From NCBI GenBank assembly GCA_963920595.1, contig OY986950.1, positions 2,356,001 to 2,420,000 on the forward strand: a stretch of DNA of 64,000 nucleotides, read 5' to 3'. Source of the DNA: Eimeria praecox. Lineage: Eukaryota. Shown piece after piece: positions 37,201-52,200 of the stretch. How positions within the stretch are numbered: position 1 is the stretch's first letter; the number at the start of each line of letters is the position of its first letter. The position numbers and the translations under genes were made by a program. The notes under the pieces were generated by a model that had not been told where the DNA came from, did not search any database, and saw only the letters and a program-made list of their open reading frames with translations.

Positions 37201-40200
37201 GGCAGTTTTGCAGAAGTACCCATCCACCCCGATTACATCCTTCCTCAATTAGCTTTGCTGCTTTGGGTCCCTGGCCTTGTCCTGAAGGTAATGGAGCAGC
37301 AGCACCGTTGACTCTCACAGGGCAATAATAAATGCAGGGAACCGTGGTCGTAGACGTATTTCGAAATAGGCACCTCCCGTGACTAACAAAGCCTGAAGAT
37401 GCTTTGAATTGTTAGGGTGTGGCAGCATAGGGTTTAGGCTCTGTAGGTTTACCTAATGAAATTGACTCAAACCGCCTGCTCATTTTCATTTCCTTTGCGA
37501 ATGTATGGAGCTCAGATACGGGATCAGAGCCTTGTGACAGGATGAAGATTAACGGTGTTTGCGCAGTGGAATCTTTATAACACTGGGCCAAATCAAATGG
37601 GGGAGGGTCCAGAAAGCGAGCTCCTAGTTCCGAAGCAACGTAGCTGCTTGCAGCAGCTGTTAGGGAGTCCATGCGGAGAATCCGAAGGATGCACATTTTC
37701 TGAAAAACGCAAGAGTGCACAGTGAATTTCCAGCAATCACCGTGCAGTCTCTGTTCTGTCTCTACACCCGGTTCTAGGACTCAGTGAACAAAATACCACG
37801 TCAGCAGTCGCCTGCATAAGTTGACCCATGGATAAATACCTGAATCGAGTTAAGAGCCTGCCATCGCCCAGGCAGCGGTTCTTGGTCGGCTTGAAGTGAA
37901 TCAAAGACTCGTCGAAAACCTTCTTCTTCTTGCCGAACCGATTCATCCAGCCCGTCAAACGCATGCAGATGTGAAAGCTCGCATATTGCCTGCCACTGTT
38001 TCTCTGTGAGCCAGGATATGGGATTTTGCTTGTTGCCTGATGCAGCTACAGTTCCAGTCAGAAGAAAACGTAGCTCAGCAGGGTCTACAGGGGTCTTTGC
38101 TTGCACCTGTTCAACCAAACGTTTTTCAGATAGTTGCGGCATAAAAATTTGCTCAGCATACCCTGGTGCAGGAGTCCATTTAGAGAAGCTTAAGCTATGC
38201 CTCTGCAGAACAGATGCTGTGGCTGTGGAGCTATATTACACACCAGCTCCTCTAAGCATGCATCACGTGCATAATACTGTTGGAGGCGGGTCTTACTCGC
38301 AAGCTGAGAGCGAAAGCAAAAAGAAGCTTGTGCCTCACAAAGAGGGATCTAGACACGTTTTGATACACCAAGTAGGAAAGGTGATCCACGAGCAACTGAG
38401 TACGCTGCTCTACATTTGGAGTTGCGGGGGCCTGTAAAAATGCATTAACAAACACGTTACTGCTTGTTCCTGCTGGAGGCAGCATATGCTTATATAACTG
38501 CCACACAGTCTAGCGCAACTTATCCTGACGGGGACCTCGAAGGCAAGCTTTACATTACAAGGACAACATAACTGTCTTGGTCGGGGTGAGCCTTGCGGAG
38601 AGGCGTTTACCAAGCAGCCAGCCCTTTCATAGAATTTCTTACCTCGCTGATGCCAATAGAGACCAAATTTTGAAACCACTGCTGGGAATACTGGTACATA
38701 GGCTCAATGCATGCCAGTTCAACCAGGCTGAAGAAGAGTTGGCTGCAGCGGGCTGCTACCTTCCTGTAACACTGCCTGAACAGAAAAACAAGGAAGTGAG
38801 CGCGTCTGTCATTTGGCCAGTGCCGGTATTCGGTAACGTCCTCGAAAGGGATATGGGGCTGGGTATCACACCGTGCTTCGTCAATCTCGTGCTCGGTCAG
38901 TTCCGCCTCCTGAACCTTTTCTTGGATTTCCTCAGATGTCTGTTTGGATGCAGCTAGAGTATTCAGCAGAACTTCATCATCCAAGATGTTTCCTTGAGAC
39001 TGTGACATAACCTGGAGAATTTTGTCTTGGATTTCTTGTAGCTCACGGCGCATATCTGCATTACTCTGTGCCAATGCAGCCTTTCGTTCTTCCAGCTGGG
39101 GTGCTTCCTTTGTCACTACGAGGCCAAGCATTTGATCTTCCAAACCTGAAGAAGACAAGGATGCACGAGGGTATCCAAATAGCCCCTAAAATTCCCGGAT
39201 TTTGTAAGCTACCCACGTTACACCTGCGGTCTACGGGAAGTCGTCGCAGTCTCCCCAGGGGCCTGACGTGAAGAACATCGCTTCAATTGAGTGCTAATCT
39301 ACCTTCTGGGGTGATTGCAAAATTAATGACCGTTGTCTTGACGAAGATGTCGACTGAAAGCTTTGGATTAGGTAGTTTAGTTGTAAGAAAAAGCTTAAAC
39401 GAAGGACCCCATGGGATTGATTTATCTCCCAGCCTAATGGTGTAGCCTTCAAGAAGCAGCATACAGTCTTCGGAAGCCTTATACAAAGCATTCCCCATAG
39501 ATGGCATGAGCTGGATGGCTCTCTATATCCTGAACATGACTGGCTTAATATTTTACCTGAGCCGCTCTTCGTCTTTTGCTGCAGAAGAATTGGGTCGAGT
39601 ACTGGATCTAACATTTCTGAAACATTTTCAATGAGGACCCATTTCCCTAACTGAATGGAAAGTTCAATTTCTCTCATGAAGGTAGTATCGGACAACTTCA
39701 ATACTTCGAAGCCAGTGTCACTGGCCTTGCCTTTTCGCTTAATGAAACGATTTGCCTGGCCCTGTGGTGAACAAACAGGGCAGCACAGTTTTCGTTGCAC
39801 CGCCGCATCAGCAAAGTACAAATAGGTGTGCCATGGATGTATTTTAAAAACTGTTAAGCATTCAACCATGCCGCATACTGTGCATCGATGCGGCGACCAT
39901 ACCTGCGGATCAATCATCAAGGACCATCGCCTCGCGCGATCCATAATTATGCCGTTTTGAATAGATAGCTCATCATTTGGCAATCCCCACAGGGTCCACT
40001 GTCTAATAGTTACAGGGTCTCCTGCACCGCATGCCCGCAAGAGACCGTAGTTCAAGTTTGGTCGCTGTTTCTGAGTAGCATGGCAATCCTTACATCTTTA
40101 CAGGACATACCCAGAAACTGCTTGAGTCCACACGATGGCTGGAAGGGCAGCTGGTGCAGGCGAAGCAACTCCGACCACTGAGTTTCCAACTCTCCACGAT

Positions 40201-43200
40201 ACGCTGCTGTGAATGGTCCAGCATACGTTAGCATTCCTGCACTGATGAGGGCATGGCCTACGCAGACAACCCAACTATGCAGAGACGCTTTCCTTGCCAC
40301 TGTACCCATGTCGTTGGACCCTGCTGTAGAAAGGCCTAGCGATACTAACCTGATACATAGCTATGGAGTTCCTTAGAGAGACATGCCTGCTCTCCCCAGC
40401 GGTGTTTTTCGTCAGCAAGTCCCACAAGAAGTGGTTCAGCTCTCTGTATTTTCTTCTGGCAGCTTTGAATCTCCTTGGTGAGCTGTTCCTGTAACGCCAG
40501 TAATCAGCAACATCCCGTTAAGATATAGTAATGCAGTGAGGTAAGGGACTTCTGATGTTCGCTACAAAAAATGTCGTTGTACTTTAACGGTGTCCCTCCA
40601 GACAAATTCATGTATTTGTTCCAGCAGTTTGTGGCAGCATTGGGGCCGCATTGTGCACACGCAGTAGGGCATATTGTGTGGCCGCCTCTCAGAGTAGCCA
40701 TTGCTAAGTGGCATGCCGAAGGTCTATCTGCTGTATGCGGAGCGCGCACGTGACACCGCACGAAAACATCTTGGAAGGCAGAATGCTGGGGAGCCACTGT
40801 TCAAGTGGGGAATATCACCAAACTTCACCTTTTTCTCGACAGCAAGGGCGAAATCAGCAGCTAGGCGCTCTATTTTATCCTCCACCTCTTTTAGCCTAGC
40901 CTTGGTCCTGTTGAGGTTTTCCGTTGTTGCCTGCAACTCTGCTTCCGCCTGTTGCAGTTTTGCTCGCTTTGGTTCGACCGTCTTTGCAACATGGTAGTAC
41001 TTAAACATAGCTCGAACCCACATGCAGATGGCCTCGCATGCAACAGATGCCTTGCGGATGGCTGTCGGGTCAAAGTCGGTTCTTTCAATATACGGGCCAA
41101 TAGTTGCTATTATGGTTTCCGGAATATTGTCCTGCTCGACAGAGGGTAGATCTTACTAAGAGGCTTCCGTTTGCCACTAACGGCCCGGTAAGCCGGAATG
41201 GTTCTTTTCAAGATGGGCACGAACTTTGTTCTGCGTGGTAACCACGGCTTGATTAGCAATAACAAGTCTTTGAAATATGCTAGTCATTAGTGATATTCAT
41301 GCACCTTCGATTAGCTGGATCTGCGGGTTAATGACACTGACCTTGTCATACTTCAGGAGGTCTTCCAGAAGCTTTTTGGGGTCCTTCAGAAGCTTGTGCT
41401 GAGCAGATTCCCAGTAGTCTTCAATCTTTACTCCAGGCCTGGAAGGGTCAGGCTTCTTTACTGGAGGCACCTGAAGCCAGGCAAAGGAGCAGAAAGGAGG
41501 ACTTCTGCGTGCTGAGTTGCTGCAGAAAGCGCATTGTCATCAAAAGCAGCAGTGTCAGATTCTCGACTTACCCCAAACATGATGCACACCGCTTCCATCG
41601 TAAGAATAACACCTGATGGCGGCTTGGACAAGGCCTTAACTTCTCGTATGTGGTCTGATTTTAGCTTTTTGACGCATTCTACAGCCTCTTCGAGTGCTGG
41701 AAGTGCTTCGTCTAAATCCCGTTGTGCATCGTCCTTAAGGGCTTGTGTTTCTGTTGCCTTCTTCGATGCGGCCGCTTCATCCCGGGCTACGATTTTTTTG
41801 GTTTCGTCCGCAACTGCATGGTCTTGTTGAATCTGAATCATTGTTTTCTCCACCTACGAGAGCATTCACTCATTCTACGCTTTAAGGCCTTCAAAGGGAA
41901 GGGGCATGCCCTAGATATGGCGTCTGCCGCGACAGTCTTCGTCTGCCATCTACTATACTCTACGCAGCGTACTGTATAGCGGCGGGTGGCTCAACAGGTT
42001 GCAGCTATCGGTGCAGAGCCTCAGCATTCAGCCAAGCGCACGAAATGACTACCTAGCCATTATACTGCCTACCATTGAGGGAGCTCACCTCTTCTGAAGT
42101 AGCTTGTAGAACGGGCTGGAGTTCTTGCAGTTGAGCCTGCATCTCGGCGACCTGTTTGGCTGTTTCTTCCAGCTTTCTTAGTCCTTTCTCAAATCTTTCT
42201 TGAACGGTGACTAATTCGACTTGTTTAGTGCTGACCAGGTGAAAAAATGCTGAAAGCAGCTCTAAGAAAGTCGTTGGTGTTGCATACATGGCCCGGCCAA
42301 GCACTTCCCTGTAACGCGCAGCAGTATTTTGAACTCCCCTGTGCATAGATTGTAGAACATCAAGGACCTGGTCTTGAGATGCTATCAGTACCTCACACTT
42401 CTCCATTTGCATACGCGCGACAGATACTAAAGCCTCGGCTGGCCACTACACAGAAACCGGAACAGCACTCATGGCAAAGACAGCAGGTAAGCATTAACGC
42501 ATTTGTTGCTTTCCCTCCCCCATCCTAGCAATATACACTTCTGACGCAAGGGTAAACGCTACCTCCGACGTAGTAGCCACTGAACTCAGGAGGGGATCGC
42601 GTACCTCAGAAAACCAGTTGATGGTACAGCAGTTCGTCAAAGAAGGGAACATCCTGAGCCAAGTGCGAAATTGTATCCCCAAGGGGCTCATTGCCAGAAT
42701 AATATGGAGATTCGCCTTTACCTTCTTCACATATGCATTGAAAACGTTTCCTTTTGTTGGGGCTACACCAAGCTGCTTGCAGTATACCCTGAAGATAAAT
42801 GTGCGCGAATCAGCACATCTCATCACGCCCACAACAAAGATACCTTTAGAGAGTGTAGTCAACGAGTCCACTCACCTACAAACCTTCATTATTTCCTCCA
42901 TGTCTTCTTTTTTGTATATGTTAGGAGCATCCCCATAGTTCAACGCGCTGTTAATGTCCTCCAGCATGGACTCTCCAAGAATTTGAGAATCACAAAACAG
43001 GAACGTTTGCGGCTTATCCTCCAATCCAGACTTCATAAAACACTTTTTCAGATCCTCTCTCCATTCCGTCATCCCATAGCCTGCGAATGCAAATGTTATA
43101 TGCGTATGGAAAAGTACAAACAAATGGCAGGTAAGCCTAGCGTCCAATGCTAGCAGCCCGTCGAAGTGCAGCATGGAAATTCCAGAATTGACATGCATCT

Positions 43201-46200
43201 GATCTTTTGAAGGACCTTTGGTAGCGTCGATCTGAAAACACTCGGTCTCCATGATGAAGGCGGCGAGGCGGCTAAGGGACTGCCGTCCCGACCCTCTTAC
43301 TCCCAACAAAAGTGCATGCCCCGAGGGCTGCCGAAGGACGCGGCAGATTCGCGCCACATGGGCGCATGCGTCACCAAACATCACGAGCTGCATTGGCACT
43401 GCGAAGGTATTGTTGTAGTCCTGCATGTAATCCTCGACAACTTGCTTAAGTTTTTCTGCAGAGGAGACCTCCTGCGTCATAACGACCAATGCACACACTT
43501 TGAGACTTCAATCATCAGCACGATATCACGAAATTCAGCATGACTGTGCCCACAGACCTAGGTCAAGCGAGTAAGCTGGCTTGAGGCAGGGGGACGACTC
43601 TGCCGATTCGCTAGCTTCTTTTATGTGCAAGAAAAACCTGCTCTCACCAAGTAGTACCTATTAGCCGCCTGCTGAACGAAATCGGCGAAAATCATGGACG
43701 ACATCTCCTTTGTATCGGCGAAGTCGACATCAAACGTTTGCTTGGCCTGCCTTTGAAGAAGGTCGTAGAACCATTTCCTGTCATCATCGTCAACGAGGCG
43801 GTCGCAGAAAACGCGGCACGTCTCATGAATCCAGCACCTGATGACCTGAATAGCCCAGACCGCATGGGTTGGAACCTTCAACATATAGGCATTTGCTGTT
43901 TACTCAAGCCTCATAGAGACTTCTTGCAGTCAGCCTCTCCTATGTAATGCGTAATGCTATGTAAGCCCCTAAACTTTGAATCCAAATTTTTTAAAGTCCA
44001 AAGCTTGGAAAATTGCTTTTACGGGCTAGACCATGTAATTTGGCAAAATAAATAGAGATAGCATGCCACCCAATATCTTCTTGATCATGCAATTTACTCG
44101 GAAACAGAACGTGGAAATAGTTGGCAAACGTTTCATGAGCTAAACTATTTTGATCTCAAGGTAAGTTAACAGGGCCTTCGAGAAATATTGTTGACTGCTG
44201 CTCACAGCCGTCGGTTCCTTCACTACTTTCGGAGAAAGAAATGCAAGTCCTTGGAAAACCTTCCAAAGTTCACGCATGTTGAATGTGTAGTGAGATTTCG
44301 TTGGAGTTGGAAGCAAGGTCTTCGTGACTTCTGCATAGAGATCAATGGTTGCGAACACCAAGGGATCCGTGAGGGCCTGAATTGCAACCAAATGCAAGTA
44401 TTTGTATTTACATACATGAATTTATGATGATTGGATCGCACGTAAGTCATCGCTGACCTAGATCGAACGAACACCCCTAACCCTAGTAGCTGTACTGGTT
44501 GTGATTGCCAGATGCACATCTCTGCTAAATGGGTTGGCTTCTGCAACTTCCCGAACAGGCAGAAAGAGGAAAAAACAAACAACAAAAGTCTATCATTCCA
44601 CAAACTCATGCTGTGGGCAAGGCTTACTTGAATGTCGGCTGGAAACTGCTGGAAGCAGTGTCTAGTGAGGGTTTGGAAGATTGTGGCAATTGAAGCTCGC
44701 TGGAGCTCATCGAATGCTAGAACGCAGTAGTGCCTCAGTAGACGTGCAGATATTTCGTTGCGCCCGCCTCCTGGTGGACCCATGGCAGCCACCATGCCCA
44801 CATCCACAACTTCTTGAAAGGTTAAACCTTTGCGGTCATACCAGCCTCTATGGTCAAACCTGAACACCATATAGCGCGGTGAAGCAGGTGCTCACTAACC
44901 AAGAAAGCGCAGCGTTAAAACGTCTCTCCAGACGTTCTGCTAGGGGCACGCATTGCTTACCACTGCCTCAGAAGTTCTAGCGGAGGCTGAGCTCCAAATT
45001 CTTCCTTTCGTGGCATGTTTAGGTCATCAATGAAAAAAATGCATGTTTTGCCAGCAGGCGGGCCAAAAACGCCTCTGCGCCTCTTTTCCAACTTTGCTTC
45101 CAACAGATCCTACGGTAGGCAGGCCAGACAGCTAAAAGCTGCGTCATCTGTGGGCTGTGTATGATCATATGATGCAGAAGACCTGTTGCTGGTAGTCTAC
45201 GCCTGAGAAACCTCGCCGCTAGGGGTGCTTGTCGCAAACTCTGCACGCACCTGCACCTGGTTTACCCTAGTGTGCGCAGAAAACGTCATGAGGTGGGTTT
45301 CGTAGTTATCCGGCAACGTCAGCAGGAGAAGATCAGTCAAATTGACGGTTTTCCCAGTTCCAGTAGGGCCAGGGCAAATTACACTGTGGCCATTAAGTAC
45401 CAGCGTAGTGATCGAGTGGGCCAAGCGAATCGAATCTAAGGTTGGCACCACTATATTCTCGTACGATGCACCTTTGGGGACAACAAACGAGGGTACTGTA
45501 TCCCCCCAAGGGGTCCACTGATGGCTGTTGATATCATAGCAGAAATCGTAGAGGCTGCAGCCAGCATCTATGTGCCCAATATCAAGCCCGAGCTCCTGTA
45601 CGCGATTTTGAAGCCAATCATCGATTTTCTTCCGGCCAGAACCTGAGGAACAGCCAGCGAAAGCAGCCCTGTTCGTGGTTGTCTGATCAATCAGTCGTAC
45701 CTGGCTTAGCCAATAACCATTAGAAGTAAGGGACTACTGCGTACCATCTGCTGTAATGCCAAATGACCAGATGAAGCTGAAGACAAATGCAGCGGGGAGT
45801 CGCCCATACAGAGCATCGCCTTGCTCAGAGTCAGCCTGCTTATCTACAGGACGGTAGCGAGTACAGATGGAACCAAGCATTCGAAGACAAGAGGCGCAAA
45901 GGTTCGAATTTACAGTGGAAACGACCTCCTTGCACTTTTTCCTAAGAACTGCAATTCCTCCTGGGAAGATGTTGCTGGAAAGATCCTCAATGAGCGCCTT
46001 ATGCATGCCTTTAAACGTTGGAGGAAGCGTCTTCAGCCAAGATGCAACTAGTGGCGAAAATCCAAGGACTTCTGGTTCCATGTACACCATTCCACAACGG
46101 CTGACAGTCGCAGGAGAGGCTACGGATAAGTCCTCGACCTACGGCCACACCGGAATAGCTGACTCTGTGGGGTACTGCAAAAGGTGCTTGGTATTCTGAG

Positions 46201-49200
46201 GCTCTGCTTTCTTAACATTTAAACCTATAGTTCTCCACTCACTTCAAACATCATGACCGTTCTGTTCGTGAGGGAAATGATTTCCCCTGAATTCAGGCAC
46301 AGCTTCTTGTTGTCATCCAAAACAGAGTTCATGCTCTCAATCCACAAGGCATCTACAGGACCGTCAAACATGATCCAATGCTGGTCAGATGAAGTATCGC
46401 GGATGGCGTGGCGAATAAGTGCCGCAGCCAGGCCATCTGTCCATTCATGAGTTGTTTCGTTAAAGCAGCCGTACAGTTGCCCAATGGTCACAGACTTCGG
46501 ATTCAGAACGTTCACATGCACCTACAAATAGCAAAGTGCAGAGTAAGTCGATTGCTCTTTACCGCCGCCTAAGGGGCTGTGGCGCGGGCAACTTTCGCTT
46601 GGTCTCCCCTACGTGGGAACACAAACTCTCACCCCACCTTTGCAAATCCTGGAACTTTATAAAGGTCGCTCATGGCGGCTGCTAACAAGCGGTAACTGCT
46701 TGTTTTGCCTCCTCCTGTGGGGCCTACGAGCATGAGACCATGGCGAACCTGAACGGTGTCATACAACTGCATCACTTTCCTCATGAAGGGCTCAACGGGC
46801 TGCAGCTTTAGCAACTCCGACTGGCGCAAGAGTGCTTCCTGAAGAACTTGGTTGTCGGCACGGGGCACGTCAACACCGGGAAATAGATCAGCTATGATGT
46901 TTTCAAACAGCGGGAGGTCATGAGACAGAAACTTGGGAACGTTCACATCTCTAAGTGCCTGCAGGAGGATCATTTGTTCATCCATGGTACTGTGTTTCCT
47001 TTTTAGGACCCCTGCAGCATTGATAACGGATCGAACTGCCCTCATGCCGTAGTCATAATGGTCCTGAGAAGACAGCTGCTCTGATGACAACTTGAATGTT
47101 GCCACCATCTTTGTTGCCAGTTCTCTGGCTTGGTCGAATCCAAAGCTGTACAGCATAATTTCGGCGATCATTGAGTAATCGGGCACCTGAGCGTAGATAT
47201 ACCCATGGAGGAAGCGGCTTTTGGCCCCCAAGAGCAAGCGGTGGTAAGCATGTGCACTATCCATATATGTTGGTGAAGTCTGACCCCGTTTTAGCTCACC
47301 ATCATGGCCATAGGCCTGAAAAGGCACTTGAGGTTGTCGGGAAGCTCGGTTCTACCGGCATATCCAGGGTTCATGGTAATAAAAACGTTAAAGGTTGGCT
47401 CGACAAGTATGCGTGAATCCTCGAAATCGATCTCTAGAGTCATCCCATATCCCTGAAGCTGAGCTTTTGCCCCGAAAAGCACGACAAGCTGCTGCGCTAT
47501 GACGGATAGGACCTGTGAGACAGAATGCAAGGCGACGTCCTGACTGTGGCGATTCCAAAGTGCTACCACTCGGGCTGCTCCTTCACTGCCAAGGGATGCT
47601 ATGAAAGTGAATCCTTTAAAGAAAGTGCATTGAAGGCCTACTTCTATGTTGATTCGATTAAATTCATCAAAGCAGCACCAGGCCCCTGAGGAGGCCAATC
47701 CCTTGAAAAATTTTGCAATCATTATAAAGTCCATCATTTCGGAGCAGTTGAAAACGACACACTGGGTTGCCAAGGCTTTGGCCAAGTCCTTTGTTGTTTC
47801 CGTTTTGCCGGTTCCTGCAGGGCCTGCCAGAGATCCCCCTAAGACAACACTCTCACCCATGCAAGTGGCAATCAATGTTTTGAGTTCTTGAAAGGCCGCC
47901 GTTGCTAAGGGAATGCCGAAGGAAGAAAACCTGCCCAAAAAGGAAGTGCTGTCCGGATCCTCACCGAGATTTAGCTGCTGAGCGCTCAGGAGCGTCATGT
48001 AGGCCATGTCTGTAAGCGGCGTTATAACCAGCCGGAAGGTGTTCCCGAGGTATTCGTATCCATAAGGAAAATCAGTTTGCACACACTGAGCCCAGCAATT
48101 GTCATCTCTCCAGTAATACCTTAACTGGGCAATCCACTCAAATGCCTCCACGCTGGACACTTCTTCCTTCCAGAGGCGCTGCACAATATCTTTCGCGTGG
48201 ACGTCAATAACAATAAGCGCCCCGATGGTAATGCTCTGCATAGAGCTAAGCCCTTTTCGGACGAGCGCTACCTGCAAAATGCACAGCATTGCAAGATCTA
48301 CAGCATGCGCGCTGTGCAAGTGGTTCTTTTGAAGAACTAATTGACCTGCTCTAGGTGGGTAGGAGCTACTATCTCATGTACAATAGGACTATTTGCTGCT
48401 CTATTGCCGTGAGTCACACGGGTGGCCTCGCGCAAGCGAGCCACGAAGGGGACTTTGACCTTCGCTAATATTGTCTCCAAGTCTCGGCCGCTCTTACTTT
48501 AAGCAGGCGTTTCCTTCTACACGGTTCGGGAACAATTTTCATTGTGACCATTGTGACGGGCAAATAGAATGGGATACTGGTTGTATTCCCACACTCACCA
48601 AATCCAGGAGTTGCTGTGTTTGAGTTTCCATAAGGGTCTTGAGCTGTCCATTTTGAATGGCATCTTCTACCAAAGCTGTCCAGTGCGCCTGGCTGCCATT
48701 CAAGACGCATTGCCCAGCATGCTTCGTCGCCCACGTCGTCCTTTCACATACTGGGTAGTCAAGTATAGCTTTATGAAGCGATTCCCTTACTGACAATTTC
48801 ATTATCTGCTCCAAGTCTTGCATCCACGTCTCAACGCCTCTGCCGGCAGTTACGAGGCCTTTGACAAATGCCATCCTTTCGCCTGAACACGCAGGGACCA
48901 TGGGGATTGATCATATTTGTTCCTGCGGCTGGCAGAGAAAATATACTGCTGACGCAAGACGTAGACGCCTCTACACGACGTACCCTCCGCAGAAAACATC
49001 GCAGTGGCCACAAGATCTGGTGAAAACTCCAGCTCATTCATGTTCTCAAAAACTTTACACAGGAAGGGCTGAACCTTTAGGGGATCCGTCGTTTCCGACA
49101 AAATCTCAAGTAATTCGTCATTTGAGAGGAAGTAAAATCGAGCGAACTGGCTGCGCTTGAGTTCTAGGTATGACTGCAATTCTTTCTGCACCCGCTCTAA

Positions 49201-52200
49201 CAGCCTGTTATTCTCGCGAAGTTTATCCAGAAGGCCAGGAGTTGAGCAGGCTGTCAACACCAGGGGCTCCTCGTATGTGTGTCGCATGAGCACTCTCCAC
49301 GCAGTATCGACTGTGAAAAACCTGAACTCAGGAAACAGAAGACCTTCAAGAGTGACGGTGATCAGATTTACGCGCTGCAGCATGGCCGTGTTCTTCATAA
49401 ACTTTGCATTGTGGGCTTCTCGTAGTAGCCGAATGTGCTGTGATACCGCTTTGTTTCTGCTGGAAGTTGCTTGGGTATGTCAGGCGAATGGAAAATTGGC
49501 TGCAGGTACAGCCAAGCCCTCTGGCACTTGAGCCACTCGTCAAGGGTTTCGGATGCCTGAGGTCACAAATATGCTTCTCGGAAGAGATATTGTTTGGCTC
49601 TACATGATAAGATATTTGCAACAAGAGTCTACAAAGATGGGGCGCTATCGCACGTACCGTCATTATAAGGTTTGCCCACTCGTCAATCTCCTTCTCGAGC
49701 GGTTTCTTGTATATCGAAAACTGCAATCCTTGCGTAGTCATAATGTGCTCATCAAGCAATGCAACGATTTCTTCTGTGCCTTTCAATATGTAGGTGTCCG
49801 TGTCTTTGTACGTCTCAGGGAAATCGAATTTGATGCGTTCCCATTCGGTTTTCATTGCTTGAAGAGCCTGATCAGAAGAGAAGGCTTCTAGCTAACTACA
49901 GCTCAGTATCATTGGTATGCAAACAAAAGCAATATCCAACCCTGCTAAACTTTGGGTATTTCTGCCTTGAAACGCTCCCATATGTTCACCTTCTCAAGGT
50001 AGCTTTCTTTAGTGGCTAACTCTCCCAGTTCCACGACGAAGTCCGTGCATTCTGCAATGCCTTTGTCCAATAAGGCACTTAGGGTAAGACTGGCACCATC
50101 GTCTAGTTGCGGCTCGCCGATGCGCTCAAAAAGCTGCGGCGATGGGCAAAAACCTGCTCAAAACTGTCTCTTGAGCCCTGCGTTTTGTGCATGATTGGTA
50201 GGATTTCTGTGTGACTGGTTTAGCTCAGTTTAAGAAGAACGCTGGGTGCTTACTTTATTCCAATGTCGCTCACGCATGCCGTCAGTTCTTAAAGAAACAA
50301 TGATAGGGACTAGCGGCTTGAACTCGACGAGTTCGTTAGTGACTTGCGAGGCTTTGGCAAGCACGTCAGGCAGGCCACGCTCCTGGAGAATTTTCTCCAC
50401 TCGTTTGAGTGCTTTGATTCCCCCGTATACCTGAAGATCATAGAGCAAATGAGACAACTGCCATGGCCTCTGATATCCCTTTTGGGCCATTGGGAAGGCT
50501 TGCTACCCGGTCTCACAGGACGCTTCAAAATTTGGGTGTTGTAGGACCAGAACACCGATTAAATTGAGGATGTGGAAGAACAAGTGCTACGGGACCTGCT
50601 TTTCGATTTCTGCGCCGCTTAAGCTTGCGAATGAAGCGGTGTAAATTGAGTTTCGCATGACGCTCCACTGGTACGCGGTTAGCCAGAGAGTGGAGAACGG
50701 CTCGAATTCCTGCGCATTAGTCAAAACTGACTGTCAAAGCATTCGTTAGTGACTTGCGAGGCTTTGGCAAGCACGTCAGGCGGGCCACGCTCCTGGAGAA
50801 TTTTCTCCACTCGTTCGAGTGCTTTGATTCCCCGTATTATGCTCTCCATTGGAGGCGCTTGAGCCTAGAACATCTGAAACCAACCTTCTGGATCTTTGTT
50901 AGGGAGGTATAGTCCGTCACATCCCTCCCAAAAAGACGTTCTCTGTGATTGAACAGTTTAGCCTGCTGAATGCTCATTTCAATCCTCTCCCCAACGGCAA
51001 GGACGCTGTCATACACCTCGGAAAGCTTCGACATGTCCGTGAAGTTGGCAAAGCCAGCGACAACATCAGACAGGTCGGCAATCGTGGCGGCGAACTCGCA
51101 CTATCAGAAAATGACGCCACCACCACAACAAAGAGCTATGAACGCCAGCAAATCAGGTGTTAGAAAAACAAATAAGGGTAGCAGCACTAAGGCATACACA
51201 CAGCTTATTTGCACGTGGCCAAGCGAAGCATCTACAGAAGATCTAGGGAGTGGAGTTTTACCTGTTGGACTAGCATGTCATCTAGGAAGCGGGCTCTCTC
51301 TTTGACAAGGGATGACGCCACTTCATTTGAAAGCTCGAGAATCTCAGCAGGTGAACCATAAAGCTTCCAGCGCAGGTTGTGATCCTCCACAAGGAGCTGC
51401 ACTAGAAACAAATGAAACAGATATGCGTTTGACTGTTAGTGATCTACACAAGCTGCCCACATGATGACGCTGCCTGAGCCTCCGCTCGCCTGGCTTGAAT
51501 GCTGTAAAAGCCTATTATGGCAAGCGAGTGACGCTCACCCTGTACTTAAAGGATTCTAGCACATCAAAGGTGTGTAGAACAGCCTTAATATCCACAGCAA
51601 GAGCCTCAAGTTTTGCTGGGGTATCGTCCATAAACTCTCTCAACTCGGTGAGTTCTTCGATTCCCGTAGGCTGCTGCTTTAGTGTTATTGCGATCTGCTT
51701 AAACTCCTCCAGTGTTTGCTTGCACTGATCGCGAAAGCTTCAGCAAACGAAAATTCCATAAGCCCAAACACAGCCGCGATTTAGAGGAGCCAAGCCCTAA
51801 ACCGTGATTGCACTGTCTGTGAATTGCCCCCCCCAAGTCAGTCTGAAAGTCTGGAAAAATCAAGGGATTCACGGGCATACTAGATTTTCTTGATCAGACA
51901 GTAGCAAGAGGGGAGCTGTTTGCATGATATGAATTCGTACTACAACCATGCCTCACCGTTTTGCCAGTACATCGAGGAGAAGCTGTGAAACGCTTCGAAC
52001 TGTCGATTTCAAGCTGCTTTTTATGTCTTCACAACCAACACAAAACACTCCAACGACAACAGAAGCCGGGATATCTTCTTCTATTTGCTTAATTCTCTGC
52101 GAAGAAAAGGACGGCCGACTTCTACGTCTCAGGATGAAATTTGGCACAGGTTGCACAATGGGCAAAACCACATCGCCTTTGCAGCCGATCATATGTGATT

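Noticed and set aside
18400..51810. Isolated telomere-like CCCTAAA/TTTAGGG units (e.g. about 18406, 31073, 37430, 44475, 51795)
   Set aside because: Only one or two degenerate units each; no arrays.
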